Positions 9,892 through 20,055 are shown, counted from the stretch's first letter. The stretch is 64,000 nucleotides of DNA from Candidatus Micrarchaeota archaeon (GCA_040753215.1 JBFMEZ010000025.1:74440-138439), one strand, 5' to 3'. The notes: generated by a model from the sequence alone, not told the origin. Made by a program: numbers and translations.

Positions 9892-10437
9892 CTACTTTAT
9901 TAACTTCCCCCGCGCGTCCTCTAACTGTACCCTGCCGACGTCTTGCTTCCTCCGCAATTCCGGCATCAGCGCACCGGAGAAATGCAAAGGTTCAACTTCC
10001 ATGAATATCTTTTCCATAAACCCGAAAATCCGCTCCGCCTCCTTCCTTTCCCCCTTCCTCAGGTGGTCGAACATCCTCCTTTTCAGCTCGCCCATGCAAT
10101 CCAGCAATCCATCCAGATAGGACTCATCTCCCACCCCGACCTCCTTCTGCGAAAGCACTTTTCCGTCCCTCGCAATCCCGAGGTAAACCATTCCCTCGGT
10201 GTATTCCGCCTTAGGGTGCTCCAGCCGCCACTCCAATCCCGTGGCATTCTTCTCCATTTCCCCGAGCACCTTCTTCGCCTCCCCGAGCAATTTCTCCGCC
10301 TCTTCAAAATTCCCCAGGTGCGTTTCCTTTATGGATTTTGAGCAGAGCCGCACGGCCTCCCTCTCCTTCACGATGAGCGAATCCAGCCGTTTCTCCTTCT
10401 CAAGCATCCTCTTCTCAATCTCAGAAACAAGTTCCAT
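9892..10437 (-). CDS. Translin-family protein
   Basis: EYTEG, YLDGLLDCMGELKR, LRRKQD. Confidence 0.85.
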   Translation of the reverse strand: MELVSEIEKRMLEKEKRLDSLIVKEREAVRLCSKSIKETHLGNFEEAEKLLGEAKKVLGEMEKNATGLEWRLEHPKAEYTEGMVYLGIARDGKVLSQKEVGVGDESYLDGLLDCMGELKRRMFDHLRKGERKEAERIFGFMEKIFMEVEPLHFSGALMPELRRKQDVGRVQLEDARGKLIK

Positions 10438-10523
10438 GCCTTATTCTCTCACTCCTGCTTAAAAAACTCTTTCCAAAACCCGCAGTCCCCGGTTTTAAAA
10501 CATTTCCTATCATAAATAATAAC

Positions 10524-11537
10524 ATGGCTGAAACCACCTACCAGCCGCAGACACAGCAAAGAATCCTGCAGGTGCCCGCCGCTGAGCAAAAAGACGCATT
10601 GTTCCGCAAGCATCCGTTCCTCAAGCACTTCGGCACCAGGCAGCGCAACAAGGCCGGGGAGTGGCTGATGGTGCTGGCAGAACGTGAAAAGCTTGTTTCG
10701 TCGTTTGTCCAGTGCATTGTGGATGAACTTGCAAGAAAGGATGCACGCGAGAAGATGTGCTCTCTGGTGGCGGGTCCTTCTCCCGAAGCAATGGATAAGT
10801 TCATAGAAGCCGCGAAGGCAAAGGCCGAAGACTATGGCATCGAAACAGATGGCTTGAGACACGAATCTGTGCTAGAGAAAATAAGGCGGAGCCCCTTAGA
10901 TGCGGTCGAGATAACAGTATTGGCAGATGTGCTTCGTGCCAACGGAATCTTCTTTGGCCGTTATGGCCACAATATAGTTGACGCCTTTATCGCGGACATA
11001 ATCAAATATGCATCGTTCCCCTTCATGACTAAGCCGGCGGCGTATGTTCTTTGTAAAGATACCATGTTGTTTTTTGGGAGGGTTGTCGAGCCAGGGTCCC
11101 CCCTCTTCTTTTTTATGCCATCCGCATGGGCTGACGGGCACCAGTTTGTAATACCCCACTCACGGTGGTATAGATCCGAAGCGCTTTGCCCCGAAGCCAT
11201 ACAGCACGAAGCACAACACATGTTCGATGCTAATGCAGGGATTATTTTCGAGAATATTGAATACACACCATACCTTGCTGGATTTGCATTTGCACCGGAA
11301 GTACGCGTCTATCCTCAGTTGCCAGACCCAGGGCCTCATTCTTCAGCCCGTTTGCGCATCCACAACGAACTCATGGCGCTATTCGATTTCGGCGATGCCA
11401 TCAGGCTAATTTCTTTGTCTCCAGAGCAGGTTAATGCAGCCGCGCTCGCGCTGTTGAATGCCGAATACAAGAGGAAGATTGGCTTCACCTACGATGAGCT
11501 GGTCGCACCGTTCAAAGAATTGCAACCCGTCATCTAG
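10524..11537 (+). CDS. Hypothetical protein with HExxH motif
   Basis: 337-aa ORF, IQHEAQH, TATA-like box upstream. Confidence 0.65.
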   Translation: MAETTYQPQTQQRILQVPAAEQKDALFRKHPFLKHFGTRQRNKAGEWLMVLAEREKLVSSFVQCIVDELARKDAREKMCSLVAGPSPEAMDKFIEAAKAKAEDYGIETDGLRHESVLEKIRRSPLDAVEITVLADVLRANGIFFGRYGHNIVDAFIADIIKYASFPFMTKPAAYVLCKDTMLFFGRVVEPGSPLFFFMPSAWADGHQFVIPHSRWYRSEALCPEAIQHEAQHMFDANAGIIFENIEYTPYLAGFAFAPEVRVYPQLPDPGPHSSARLRIHNELMALFDFGDAIRLISLSPEQVNAAALALLNAEYKRKIGFTYDELVAPFKELQPVI

Positions 11538-11577
11538 TTTTTAATCCGTTCCCTCCATTACTGCACATGGTGCTCTA

Positions 11578-12228
11578 ATGATAGTCCTCAATCTTAAGAA
11601 TTATTCCGCCTCCTTCACCCGCTGCCTCGCCCTCACGGACGCGGCCGCGAAGGTCTCCCATGATTCCGGCATGCGCATAATCGTGTGCCCCCCTCCCACC
11701 CACCTAAACTGTTCCGCCTCCATGTACAAGGACGTCTTCGCCCAGCACACGGATGCGTTCGAGCAGGGCGCGCACACAGGTTTCCTCATTCCGGAGGCGC
11801 TCAAATCCATCAACGTAAAGGGCTCATTGGTAAACCATTCCGAGCACAGGATAGGCACGGAGAATGTAGGAAAAACCGTTTCCCTGCTCAAAACCCACGG
11901 ATTGGAAACCGTGGTTTGCGGAGAAAATGCGACAGAATGCGCAGAATTAGCCAAGTTCGGCCCGGATTACATCGCGGTTGAGCCACCCGAACTCATCGGC
12001 TCAGGCATTTCAGTTTCCACAGCGAAGCCCGAAGTGATTACTTCTACAGTAGATGCAGTAAAAGCAGCCAACCCTTCCGTCCGCGTCCTCTGCGGCGCCG
12101 GAGTCTCCACAAAGGAGGATGTAAAGAAATCCCTGGAATTGGGCGCAAAGGGAGTCCTGCTCGCCTCCGCATATGTGAAGGCAAAGGACCCGGTCAAGTT
12201 TTTGCAGGAGTTCGCCGGGGCGTTCTGA
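11578..12228 (+). CDS. tpiA: Triosephosphate isomerase (archaeal type)
   Basis: NLKNY, NHSEHR, AVEPPELIGSG, CGAGV, GVLLAS. Confidence 0.95.
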   Translation: MIVLNLKNYSASFTRCLALTDAAAKVSHDSGMRIIVCPPPTHLNCSASMYKDVFAQHTDAFEQGAHTGFLIPEALKSINVKGSLVNHSEHRIGTENVGKTVSLLKTHGLETVVCGENATECAELAKFGPDYIAVEPPELIGSGISVSTAKPEVITSTVDAVKAANPSVRVLCGAGVSTKEDVKKSLELGAKGVLLASAYVKAKDPVKFLQEFAGAF

Positions 12229-12344
12229 AAAAATGTGCCAGTCCGTGTCCGTTTAAATATTTCAGTACATAATACAACCATGAACTCAAGACGTTTGCAA
12301 TTTGTTCAGTTGGGACTGCCCATTCGTACCCGGAAGCAAGGAGA

Positions 12345-12947
12345 ATGGCTGCAAGCCGGGACATGGAACTCCCCGCTTACAAGTTGCTTGACAGATATTT
12401 CCTGAACCATGCTGGTTCCGGAATGGCCAAAGAACTCCTTGCCCACCCGGAAAAGGACGGCGTTTTCCAGAGAGGAAGGGACATCAGGGATTCCTTATCA
12501 GACCTCTCAATCCCGGCGTCTGAAGTGCCTCCGCAGGCATTCGGAAGGAAAGGAATCGGGATGCTGGTGGTGCCGAGGGATGGGGAAGAGGGACTGGAGG
12601 CAAGCAAAGGGCGGACATACGTCCATCCGCAGCCCATAGCAATTTTCAATGGAATGGTACAGACCTCCGGTAGATGGGTGTACGGATGCATGCCGCATGG
12701 CAACTTGGGGTTTCCAGTCGCAATGTCAATCTACGATACGTGTGCAGAAGATACGAAGAGGTCGCTTTTACGGACTGCGGGCGAGGGCATTAGGCCTGTC
12801 AAGTGCGGGTGCGTCATCGTAAAGGGCGCATGGTACAACAAATTCGTCTACCTGGGCGGCAGTCCGTCGTATGGTCTTAGAGTGGTTGGAGTGCTTCCCT
12901 CCAGCGAAAGCGCCCCGCAGCACTATTATGGACTAGGCGGCAGGTAG
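12345..12947 (+). CDS. Hypothetical protein, possibly 5'-frameshifted; resembles the family at 13860-14563
   Basis: Promoter-proximal ATG at 12280 is out of frame with the main ORF; C-terminal RPVxxG...V...PS...VV pattern. Confidence 0.55.
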   Translation: MAASRDMELPAYKLLDRYFLNHAGSGMAKELLAHPEKDGVFQRGRDIRDSLSDLSIPASEVPPQAFGRKGIGMLVVPRDGEEGLEASKGRTYVHPQPIAIFNGMVQTSGRWVYGCMPHGNLGFPVAMSIYDTCAEDTKRSLLRTAGEGIRPVKCGCVIVKGAWYNKFVYLGGSPSYGLRVVGVLPSSESAPQHYYGLGGR

Positions 12948-13142
12948 CGTTTTAGGGGAATGCCTTAGGCCAATTATGGAACTTATCTGGGCAGCCCAAA
13001 ACTTTAGCCGTAGAATATCTGCCTTAGTGAAAGGTCCTTGGGCAAACTGACATGCACCCACTTCTTTCTTTCAACCCATCGTCTTTCCATATCTGTTAAT
13101 AAACATATCGCACGTAATATACATATCAAACAGGTGAAAGAA

Positions 13143-13364
13143 ATGGTAAGCATAACACTGTCCGTCCCTCTGGAGCTGAAGAAGGAGATGGAGGTCTTCC
13201 CGGAGATGAACTGGAGCGAGGTCGCGAGGCAGGCGATAATCAGGAAACTGCAGATGCTCAAGAAGTTCAGGGAATTCTCGAAGGAGAGCAAGCTCACAGA
13301 AGATGATGCGCTGCGGCTCGGCCAAGAAGTCAGCGCGGCGGTTTCAAGGCGCCACAAGAGATGA
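13143..13364 (+). CDS. Ribbon-helix-helix antitoxin
   Basis: MVSITLSVPLELKKEM..FPEMNWSEVARQAI directly upstream of a PIN gene. Confidence 0.8.
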   Translation: MVSITLSVPLELKKEMEVFPEMNWSEVARQAIIRKLQMLKKFREFSKESKLTEDDALRLGQEVSAAVSRRHKR

Positions 13365-13369
13365 AGGGA

Positions 13370-13764
13370 TGCAGCTCGTGGTGGATGCGAACATCCTTTT
13401 CGCTGCCCTGATAAAGGACAGCAAGACAATCGAGCTTCTTTTCAGCGATTTTGCGATGTTCTTCGCCCCGGAATTCATACTTGAGGAATTCCAAAAGCAC
13501 AGGGACGAAATCCTGCAAAAGACCAGCAGGAGCCCGGAGGAGTTTGATTCCGTATTCGAAATCCTTAAGGAAGTCATCATCGTTGTGCCAAAAGAGGACT
13601 ACGAAGGCATGCTTCCCGCCGCGGATAAAATCGCCCCGGACCCTAAAGACGCCCCCTATCTCGCCCTTGCGCTCAAGTTGAACATTCCGATATGGAGCAA
13701 CGATAAGAGGCTAAAAACCCAAAACGAAGTGAACGTATACAGCACAAAAGAGCTTTTGGGATAA
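13370..13764 (+). CDS. PIN-domain toxin (VapC-like); start approximate
   Basis: LVVDANILFAAL, DPKDAPYLALA, IWSNDK. Confidence 0.85.
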
Positions 13765-13859
13765 GCAAAGGACCCGGTCAAGTTTTTGCAGGAGTTTGCG
13801 GCGGCATTCTGAAAAGTGTGGTAATAGCTTCTTAAATATTCCCATATACTAATACCTTT

Positions 13860-14563
13860 ATGAACGCTACAATTCATGCAGCAAGATTGATCCGCGGCCC
13901 GGCGCTGGAAGTGCTCGTCCCCAGGAGCAGGGGCGTGCCTTTTGACGAGGCGCTCGGGGTTGCGGAGCGGGGAAGGATGTTATTGCTTCAAACCTGAGAT
14001 TGCACAGGGCACAAACAACCGGGGAGTGGAGGGCCATTAGAGAAGTTTTTGCATGCTGGACGGGTACAATGGTGGGCTTCGTGGAGCCGGGCGAAAGGCT
14101 TGGGGAGGCAATTGTGTGGAACGAGCCCGGAACAGCCATTGAAAGGGTTTTCCCGGTTCCAAAGAGGTTCAGGGAGCTGAGGGATTGCGCCCTTGTTGTG
14201 GAACATCCATATTACACTATTGAGCCAAAGGGGAATGAAAGGATTGTCAGGGCAGAAAGGGGAAAGGTGGAAGTTGTAGAGGAATTGCCACCTGAGGATG
14301 GCTTTTATCTTATAGACCCGAAGCACGGCATCCCGCAGGGAAAAAAAGTGGAGCCAGAAGGTCGGGTGGATTTGGCAAATCTGTCTAGGATTGCGAAAAG
14401 GGTGGGCCTTGTTGCCTGCGGCAACAACAACTGGGGCGGCTACGTCAGGCGGTACGTCGACGCGGTCTACCAGGTGTCCTGCAGGCTCGGGGTGGCAGTG
14501 GAAGCCCCCGGAGGGGGCGCGCCGAAAATGCACCGCCAACACAGAGGAGAAGCGCTGGAATAA
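13860..14563 (+). pseudogene. Frameshifted gene with DGR variable-region-like C-terminus
   Basis: ATG 13860 frame stops near 13997 while the downstream frame VIASNLRLHRA... continues as ORF 14000-14563; NNC-rich tract 14414-14488 followed by a GGA-loop hairpin. Confidence 0.6.
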
Positions 14564-14717
14564 GCCAAGCGCCTCGCGCAAGGCGCGGCATCTGCAGTTG
14601 AGCATCTAGGCACGGTGGTCGCAGCCGAGCGCCTAGAAGAGATAAGGGCGTTGATTGCGGCAGTTGAAATTGAGCATTCCACCCATCTCTGATGGGTGGT
14701 GGGGGGTGGAATGCAGC

Positions 14718-14792
14718 TGTCAAAATGCTCCCAGTGCGAGCGCCCTTGCAAGCCACCGGCCTGCGGCCGGTGGTGGCGCGAGCATTTTGACA
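14718..14792. repeat. 75-bp element with perfect 13-bp terminal inverted repeats
   Basis: TGTCAAAATGCTC ... GAGCATTTTGACA with internal hairpin CCACCGGC..GCCGGTGG. Confidence 0.7.
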
Positions 14793-14860
14793 ATCTCTAG
14801 CCCGCCAGCGCGAAAACATATAGTCCAAACTATGCAAATATCATAGCCGGGACTATATTT

Positions 14861-16297
14861 CTATCTGACCGGCAAGGAGTCAAACATCCGCGTTATATCT
14901 TTCAACTCCAGCCCAACCACCCCCCGCTCTTCCATGTATCTTTTCGCAGATGGCGTAAATCCTGCCTTCGCAACGACCAGCATCCTTACGTTTGAGCGCT
15001 GTTCATGCGTGCAGGAAAGGAAGGAAATCCTGCTCTCAAGCTCCGCCACAACCTGCGCGTCAGCAGGCGTGTTCTCCCACTTCACCTCGCCCACGAGCAT
15101 GGATTTCTTCCCAAGCGCTACGATATCCATGTCTCCCTCCTTGCGCCCCCACCAGCTTCCAAGCTCGTAGAACTCCAGAACCGCGTCCCCAAGCTTTTTG
15201 CCGTTCCATTTCGCCAAAAGCTCCTTCACCACGCTTTCAAACACGCGCCCTTCGAAAGCAGGCATCTCCGCCGCAATCCTTTCCTTGACATAATTGTAGT
15301 TCTCTATCTCAAGCGCGGAAAGGTTCCTGAACACGAAATTGTACCAGAAGGCGAAGAAATTGTCCTGGAAAACATACTGCGGCCGGTGCTTGCCGCAGAG
15401 GGGCGTAATCTTTTTTATGAGCTCAAGGTACTTCTCCAGCTTGTTCAGGTAAAAACCCATCTGGCCTGCGCCAATCCCGGTCTGGTCAGATATTTCCTTC
15501 GGATTCCTGTGCCCGCCAGCAATTGCTGCCAGGATGGAATTGTACCTTCCCGTATTCTTCAGCTCCATCCGCAGGAGCGCCTGCGGCTCGTCGCGCAGAA
15601 GCCCGTCCTTCTTCAGCATTGCCGCCTCCACAACCCCCATGTACTTTGAAGCGTCGGTGCACTGCTCCGCAAAGCGCAGGTAGCTCGGCATCCCGCCGTA
15701 AGTTGCATAAAGCTTCATGAGCATCCCTTCATCAATCCCCGGAAGCGCCTGCCTGAACGACTGGTAGTCAAAAGGGCGAAGCTTTATCCGTGCGGTCGCC
15801 CTCCCAAAGAGAGGCGATTTGCTGCTTATCGCTATGCGTTGTATCGCGCCAACCGCTGAGCCGAGGAAAACAACCATTATCGGCACATCTTTGAGCTTGG
15901 TGTCCCATAATTTCTGGAACCTAGTGAAGGCCCTCGGGTCCGTGCGCATTCTCTGGAATTCATCAATCACTACGACGGTCTTCCTTTCCCCCGCCCTCTC
16001 ACCGAGAAATGAGAAGAAAGACTCCCACGCCCTGAAGTCTGCCCTGACCTCCGGCCACGATATGGATACATCTTCGGATATTGAACGGAGCATGTCCGCA
16101 GGAGCCCTCTCGTCCACGAGAATGTAAGCTCCTTCGTCCTTGGGAACGTTGTCGGCGAGGAATTTCCTTACAAGCTCGGTTTTCCCAACCCTCCTCCTGC
16201 CATACAGGATGATTAGTTCCCCGCGGCGCAGGTTCTCAAACCTCTGCCTGAAAGTTTCCAGCTCCTCTTTTCTGTCGGTGAATTTTACCATGCACAA
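14861..16297 (-). CDS. Archaeal ATPase with C-terminal DUF234/PD-(D/E)xK domain
   Basis: FTDRKEEL, YGRRRVGKT, VIDEFQ, YGGMP, DMDIVA...GEVKW. Confidence 0.85.
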   Translation of the reverse strand: MCMVKFTDRKEELETFRQRFENLRRGELIILYGRRRVGKTELVRKFLADNVPKDEGAYILVDERAPADMLRSISEDVSISWPEVRADFRAWESFFSFLGERAGERKTVVVIDEFQRMRTDPRAFTRFQKLWDTKLKDVPIMVVFLGSAVGAIQRIAISSKSPLFGRATARIKLRPFDYQSFRQALPGIDEGMLMKLYATYGGMPSYLRFAEQCTDASKYMGVVEAAMLKKDGLLRDEPQALLRMELKNTGRYNSILAAIAGGHRNPKEISDQTGIGAGQMGFYLNKLEKYLELIKKITPLCGKHRPQYVFQDNFFAFWYNFVFRNLSALEIENYNYVKERIAAEMPAFEGRVFESVVKELLAKWNGKKLGDAVLEFYELGSWWGRKEGDMDIVALGKKSMLVGEVKWENTPADAQVVAELESRISFLSCTHEQRSNVRMLVVAKAGFTPSAKRYMEERGVVGLELKDITRMFDSLPVR

Positions 16298-16363
16298 TAC
16301 TTATAGTTCAAACTATATAAATGTTATTGTTTCGGCTATAACTTAGAAAACCAGCACAAGTAG

Positions 16364-18268
16364 TCATCCGTAAAATATCGGCCTCAGAGACAATTCCTTG
16401 GGCATGCTGAGCTGCTCAAATGGTTTATCCGCAGTTTTCTTCTTAATCTCCGCAGCCAGCTCCTCAGCCTTCATCTCTTTCTTTTCCCCGGTCTCACGAA
16501 CAGTAACAGAAAGCTTGCCGCTCTCCATTTCCTTGTCCCCAACCACAGCAACATAAGGAACCCAGTCCTTTTCCGCCTGCCTTATCTTCTTTGCGAGGCT
16601 TTCCTGCGTATCATCGATGTCCGTCCGTACCCCCTCAAACTTTGCAAACAGTTTCCCTGCATATTCCAGATGCCTGTCTGCAATAGGAATAATCCGCACC
16701 TGCGTTGGAGAAAGCCAGAGCGGAAGCATCGCCTTCTCCCCCTTCTCCATCCTCATCGCTTCCTTCTCCAAGAGAGCATAGACCACCCTTTCCAGGCTCC
16801 CGGAAATGGATGCATGCGTAATCACGGGCTTCTTCCTGCTTCCATCCTCATCCACATAATGGATTCCGTACGTGCCTGCATTCTCCACATCAATCTGCAC
16901 CGTAGTAAGTGCAGAAGCCTTGTCCATCGAATCCAAAAAGTTGAACTCAAATTTCGTAATGAAGTACGCATACCTCTCATCAAACATCTCCACAAGCACC
17001 GGCTTTCCAATCCTCTTCACCATCCTCGCATACCATTCCTTATTTTTCTCATAGAAATCCGTCTCTATGCGGAAGCCCACCTCCGCCTTCTCAAACAACC
17101 CAACCGAAGAAAGCCAGGAAATCCCAAGCCCAAGCTGCCTCTCAAACTCCTCCTGCGCCTGTGGAATGTCCCTGCAGAGGGCGTGCATATCCGGCATCGT
17201 GAAAGCCCGCAATCTCTTCAGCCCGGCGAGCTCCCCTCCCTGCTCGCGCCTAAATGAATAGCGCGTCAATTCATACATTTTCAAAGGAAGGTGCCTGTGC
17301 GAAATCACCATTCCCGTGGCCATCAAAAACTGCCCGAAGCAGGCGGAGAACCGTAAAAACAGCTTCTTCTCGTCCGAAAGCACCACATACTGCCTCGCAG
17401 GGAAGCGGTCAAGGTATTTCTTCAGCGTCGGGTGCTCAAAATCATACATCACGGGCGTCTCCACCTCCATCGCCCCATAATCCACGCAGAAATCCGTTAT
17501 GTCCTTCTCAAGTATTCTTTTGATCAGCCGCCCGTTCGGGTACCAGCGGAAGTTCCCCTGATCCGTCCCAGGCTCGTAATCCACGAACTCGTGCTCCTTC
17601 ATTATCTTCACGTGCGGCGGCTCCTTCTCATACGCCCGCACCTTCTTGGCCTCATAGGTCATGAACTTATGCAATCCCTCATGTCCCTTGTAATTGAACT
17701 TCTCATGCTCAACCAGCTTCCCTTCCGGAGTAAGCACATAGAACCTGCTCTGCAGCCCCGCCTCCTTTTTTAGGGATTCCGAAACCCTCTCTTCGCTCTC
17801 CACGCCCTTTATCTTCATCTCCTTTTTCTCTGCCTTCATTCCCGGAGTGAAAACGCGCGAAAGCTCACTAAGCGGATGGCCTTTTGCCTCCACCTTGAAT
17901 TTTTTATAATAGCCGAAAGGCGCCCTAAGCACCGTAAACCCGTTCTCCTTCAGCGCCCCCTCGATATCCTTGAGCAATTGTATCGCCGCTTCCGGAGAGG
18001 ATGGCGTGCTCCCAAAAAGAAGGTGCGCATACGGATAAAGCATCACATTCCTGCATTTCACCTGCTCGGAGACAGACAAAAGGTCATCCACGGCCTGCTG
18101 CGCAATCCCGTTCAGGTCCTCCTCATCGCTCTTCTCCACCGCAATCCGGACCCAGATTACGTCCTTCATCTCGCCTTTTTCCATTTCCTTGGGAATAGCT
18201 TCCGCAAACTTGGTCTTCCTGGTGGTCTCGTACGAAACCCTGTCCGCATGGATGATAAGCTCCTTCAT
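16364..18268 (-). CDS. thrS: Threonine--tRNA ligase (archaeal editing domain)
   Basis: YPYAHL, APFGYYK, GHPLSELSR, FRREQGGEL.GLKRLRAFTMPDMH, GSLER, PLWLSPTQVR. Confidence 0.95.
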   Translation of the reverse strand: MKELIIHADRVSYETTRKTKFAEAIPKEMEKGEMKDVIWVRIAVEKSDEEDLNGIAQQAVDDLLSVSEQVKCRNVMLYPYAHLLFGSTPSSPEAAIQLLKDIEGALKENGFTVLRAPFGYYKKFKVEAKGHPLSELSRVFTPGMKAEKKEMKIKGVESEERVSESLKKEAGLQSRFYVLTPEGKLVEHEKFNYKGHEGLHKFMTYEAKKVRAYEKEPPHVKIMKEHEFVDYEPGTDQGNFRWYPNGRLIKRILEKDITDFCVDYGAMEVETPVMYDFEHPTLKKYLDRFPARQYVVLSDEKKLFLRFSACFGQFLMATGMVISHRHLPLKMYELTRYSFRREQGGELAGLKRLRAFTMPDMHALCRDIPQAQEEFERQLGLGISWLSSVGLFEKAEVGFRIETDFYEKNKEWYARMVKRIGKPVLVEMFDERYAYFITKFEFNFLDSMDKASALTTVQIDVENAGTYGIHYVDEDGSRKKPVITHASISGSLERVVYALLEKEAMRMEKGEKAMLPLWLSPTQVRIIPIADRHLEYAGKLFAKFEGVRTDIDDTQESLAKKIRQAEKDWVPYVAVVGDKEMESGKLSVTVRETGEKKEMKAEELAAEIKKKTADKPFEQLSMPKELSLRPIFYG

Positions 18269-18284
18269 CTGTAATACCTCTATA

Positions 18285-18302
18285 ATGTAACCATGGTTAC
18301 AT
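18285..18302. promoter_or_regulatory. Perfect 18-bp palindrome ATGTAACCATGGTTACAT upstream of thrS
   Basis: Core identical to 388-403. Confidence 0.5.
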
Positions 18303-18361
18303 GCCAGTTTTCAGCTTCCGGTCTCCAGTTTCCAGAACGGGAAACCCGAAACAGGAAACCA

Positions 18362-20008
18362 TCAATCCCCAACCCCCTCTATAATAGCGGCATAAGCCGG
18401 CCTGGATATCAGCAATCCAAGCAGCGCACCCAGTATTGTCGAAATCGCGAACCCGATAATCTCCACCATTCCGGAGAAAAGCAAAGGAACCATCGCAAAC
18501 ACAGCCACCGTAACCGTAGTCGTCACAATCTCGAACGCCTTCGCCAGCTTCTCCTCCCTCGTCCCTTCCTTCTTCAGCAGCTCATCCGTAATCACGATCT
18601 GCGAGTCCACTCCCACCCCAATCGCCGCAATAATCCCCGCCATCCCGGCCAGATCAATAGTGAAAGACCCTATCACCGAAAGAAGTATCACCATCTCAGA
18701 GACGCTTATCGCAATAATGGGCAGGAGTATGCTCACCTTCCTGTACCTCAGCGAAACAAGGATGGAGATAGCCACAAGCGCCAGCCCGAGCCCTATTATG
18801 CTCAGCCTCAGGAACTCTTCTCCCAAAGGTGCGGGAACCACGGTCTTGGAACCGATGGAAATCTGCACAGGAAGCGCCCCGCCCTTCAGGATGGATTCTA
18901 TCTTCCTCTCGCTCTCATAAGCATTCCTTGTCTTGTCCGCTCCCGTCCCCTGCGCAGCCCCGCCTATCTGGAACCCATAATTAGGTATCCCCGTAGTAAT
19001 AGAAGGCGAAAGCCGCGGCGATGAAAGCAGCCCGACCGCCTTCCACTCATCCACCGTAGTCCCCTGCACATCCTCCGAATACTGGAATTTTGGGGAAATC
19101 TCCCCATCCTCCACAACACTTAGCACGAACCCCTTCGCTTCCAGCTGGCTTCCAATCTCCCCAGCCAGCGAGCTTGAAACAATCGCCTTCGTCCTGTTTG
19201 TTTTCGGCGTAAGGTTTCCCAAACCCCCATCATAAACATACAGCCCAATATCATTCCCATCCAGCCGCAGCGCCTCCTCCATCGCGGATAGAATCCCCTC
19301 CCTGTCCGCAACCTGCGCATTCCTGCCCAGCTCTTCCCATGCAGCCACCACAACCGCATCGTTCGGCCTGTCCAGGAACATGTATATGGGATAATTCCCC
19401 TTTCCCTTCACCGCTTCCGCAAAATGCTCCGCCCCCTCCCTGTTCACCGAGAACGCGACCCCCCAGTCCTCCCCCCTTAGCGCTGAAGGCGGCACCCTGT
19501 AAATAGTTCCCGGGAGTATATACTCCCCCCTCATCGCCTCCTTCCCGTCCACAACCCCGGTATACACCCCCTGGTGGGCAAGCACGTCCTCAACTGATTT
19601 TATGAAACCCGGGTCCGAGCTCGGCACCTCCACGTTTATCTGCGATTCACCGACCGCCCTCACCTTCACTTCCGTAAGCCCAAACGCGGATGCCCTTTTC
19701 TTTATCGTATTCACCATCTCGTCCATAAGGCTCGATGGCACAGGCTGCTCCAGTATTACCGGAATCCTCGTCCCCCCGCTGAAATCTATCCCGAACTTCA
19801 GCCCGTGCAGCCCCATGTTGAAAAGCGCAAGGAGTATTATCGCCCCCAGCCCCATCATCTTCAGCTCTTTCCCGTGCCAGAAGTGCGTGAGTGCCCCGAA
19901 CACGATTAGCGCGAGCATGAGGAAAAGTCCGGAGAAAACCGGATAGAGATAAATGGCAGCAGCGAAAAGGAGGACAAGCGCAGCCAGCACTTTCTTTGCG
20001 TCTATCAT
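18362..20008 (-). CDS. secD: Protein translocase subunit SecD
   Basis: LKFGIDFSGGTRI, LKGGALPV, IDLAGMAGIIAAIGVGVDSQIVITDE; start MIDAKK at 20008. Confidence 0.9.
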   Translation of the reverse strand: MIDAKKVLAALVLLFAAAIYLYPVFSGLFLMLALIVFGALTHFWHGKELKMMGLGAIILLALFNMGLHGLKFGIDFSGGTRIPVILEQPVPSSLMDEMVNTIKKRASAFGLTEVKVRAVGESQINVEVPSSDPGFIKSVEDVLAHQGVYTGVVDGKEAMRGEYILPGTIYRVPPSALRGEDWGVAFSVNREGAEHFAEAVKGKGNYPIYMFLDRPNDAVVVAAWEELGRNAQVADREGILSAMEEALRLDGNDIGLYVYDGGLGNLTPKTNRTKAIVSSSLAGEIGSQLEAKGFVLSVVEDGEISPKFQYSEDVQGTTVDEWKAVGLLSSPRLSPSITTGIPNYGFQIGGAAQGTGADKTRNAYESERKIESILKGGALPVQISIGSKTVVPAPLGEEFLRLSIIGLGLALVAISILVSLRYRKVSILLPIIAISVSEMVILLSVIGSFTIDLAGMAGIIAAIGVGVDSQIVITDELLKKEGTREEKLAKAFEIVTTTVTVAVFAMVPLLFSGMVEIIGFAISTILGALLGLLISRPAYAAIIEGVGD

Positions 20009-20055
20009 TTTTTCTCCCCACCCATGTGCTCCTTGTAATACAACACCATCACCGC

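Larger units (their letters stand above)
12181..13812. mobile_element. 1.6-kb islet bounded by a duplicated tpiA 3' end
   Basis: 12181-12228 repeated at 13765-13812 (first 32 bp identical, both end TTC TGA); encloses a hypothetical gene and a VapBC pair. Confidence 0.8.
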
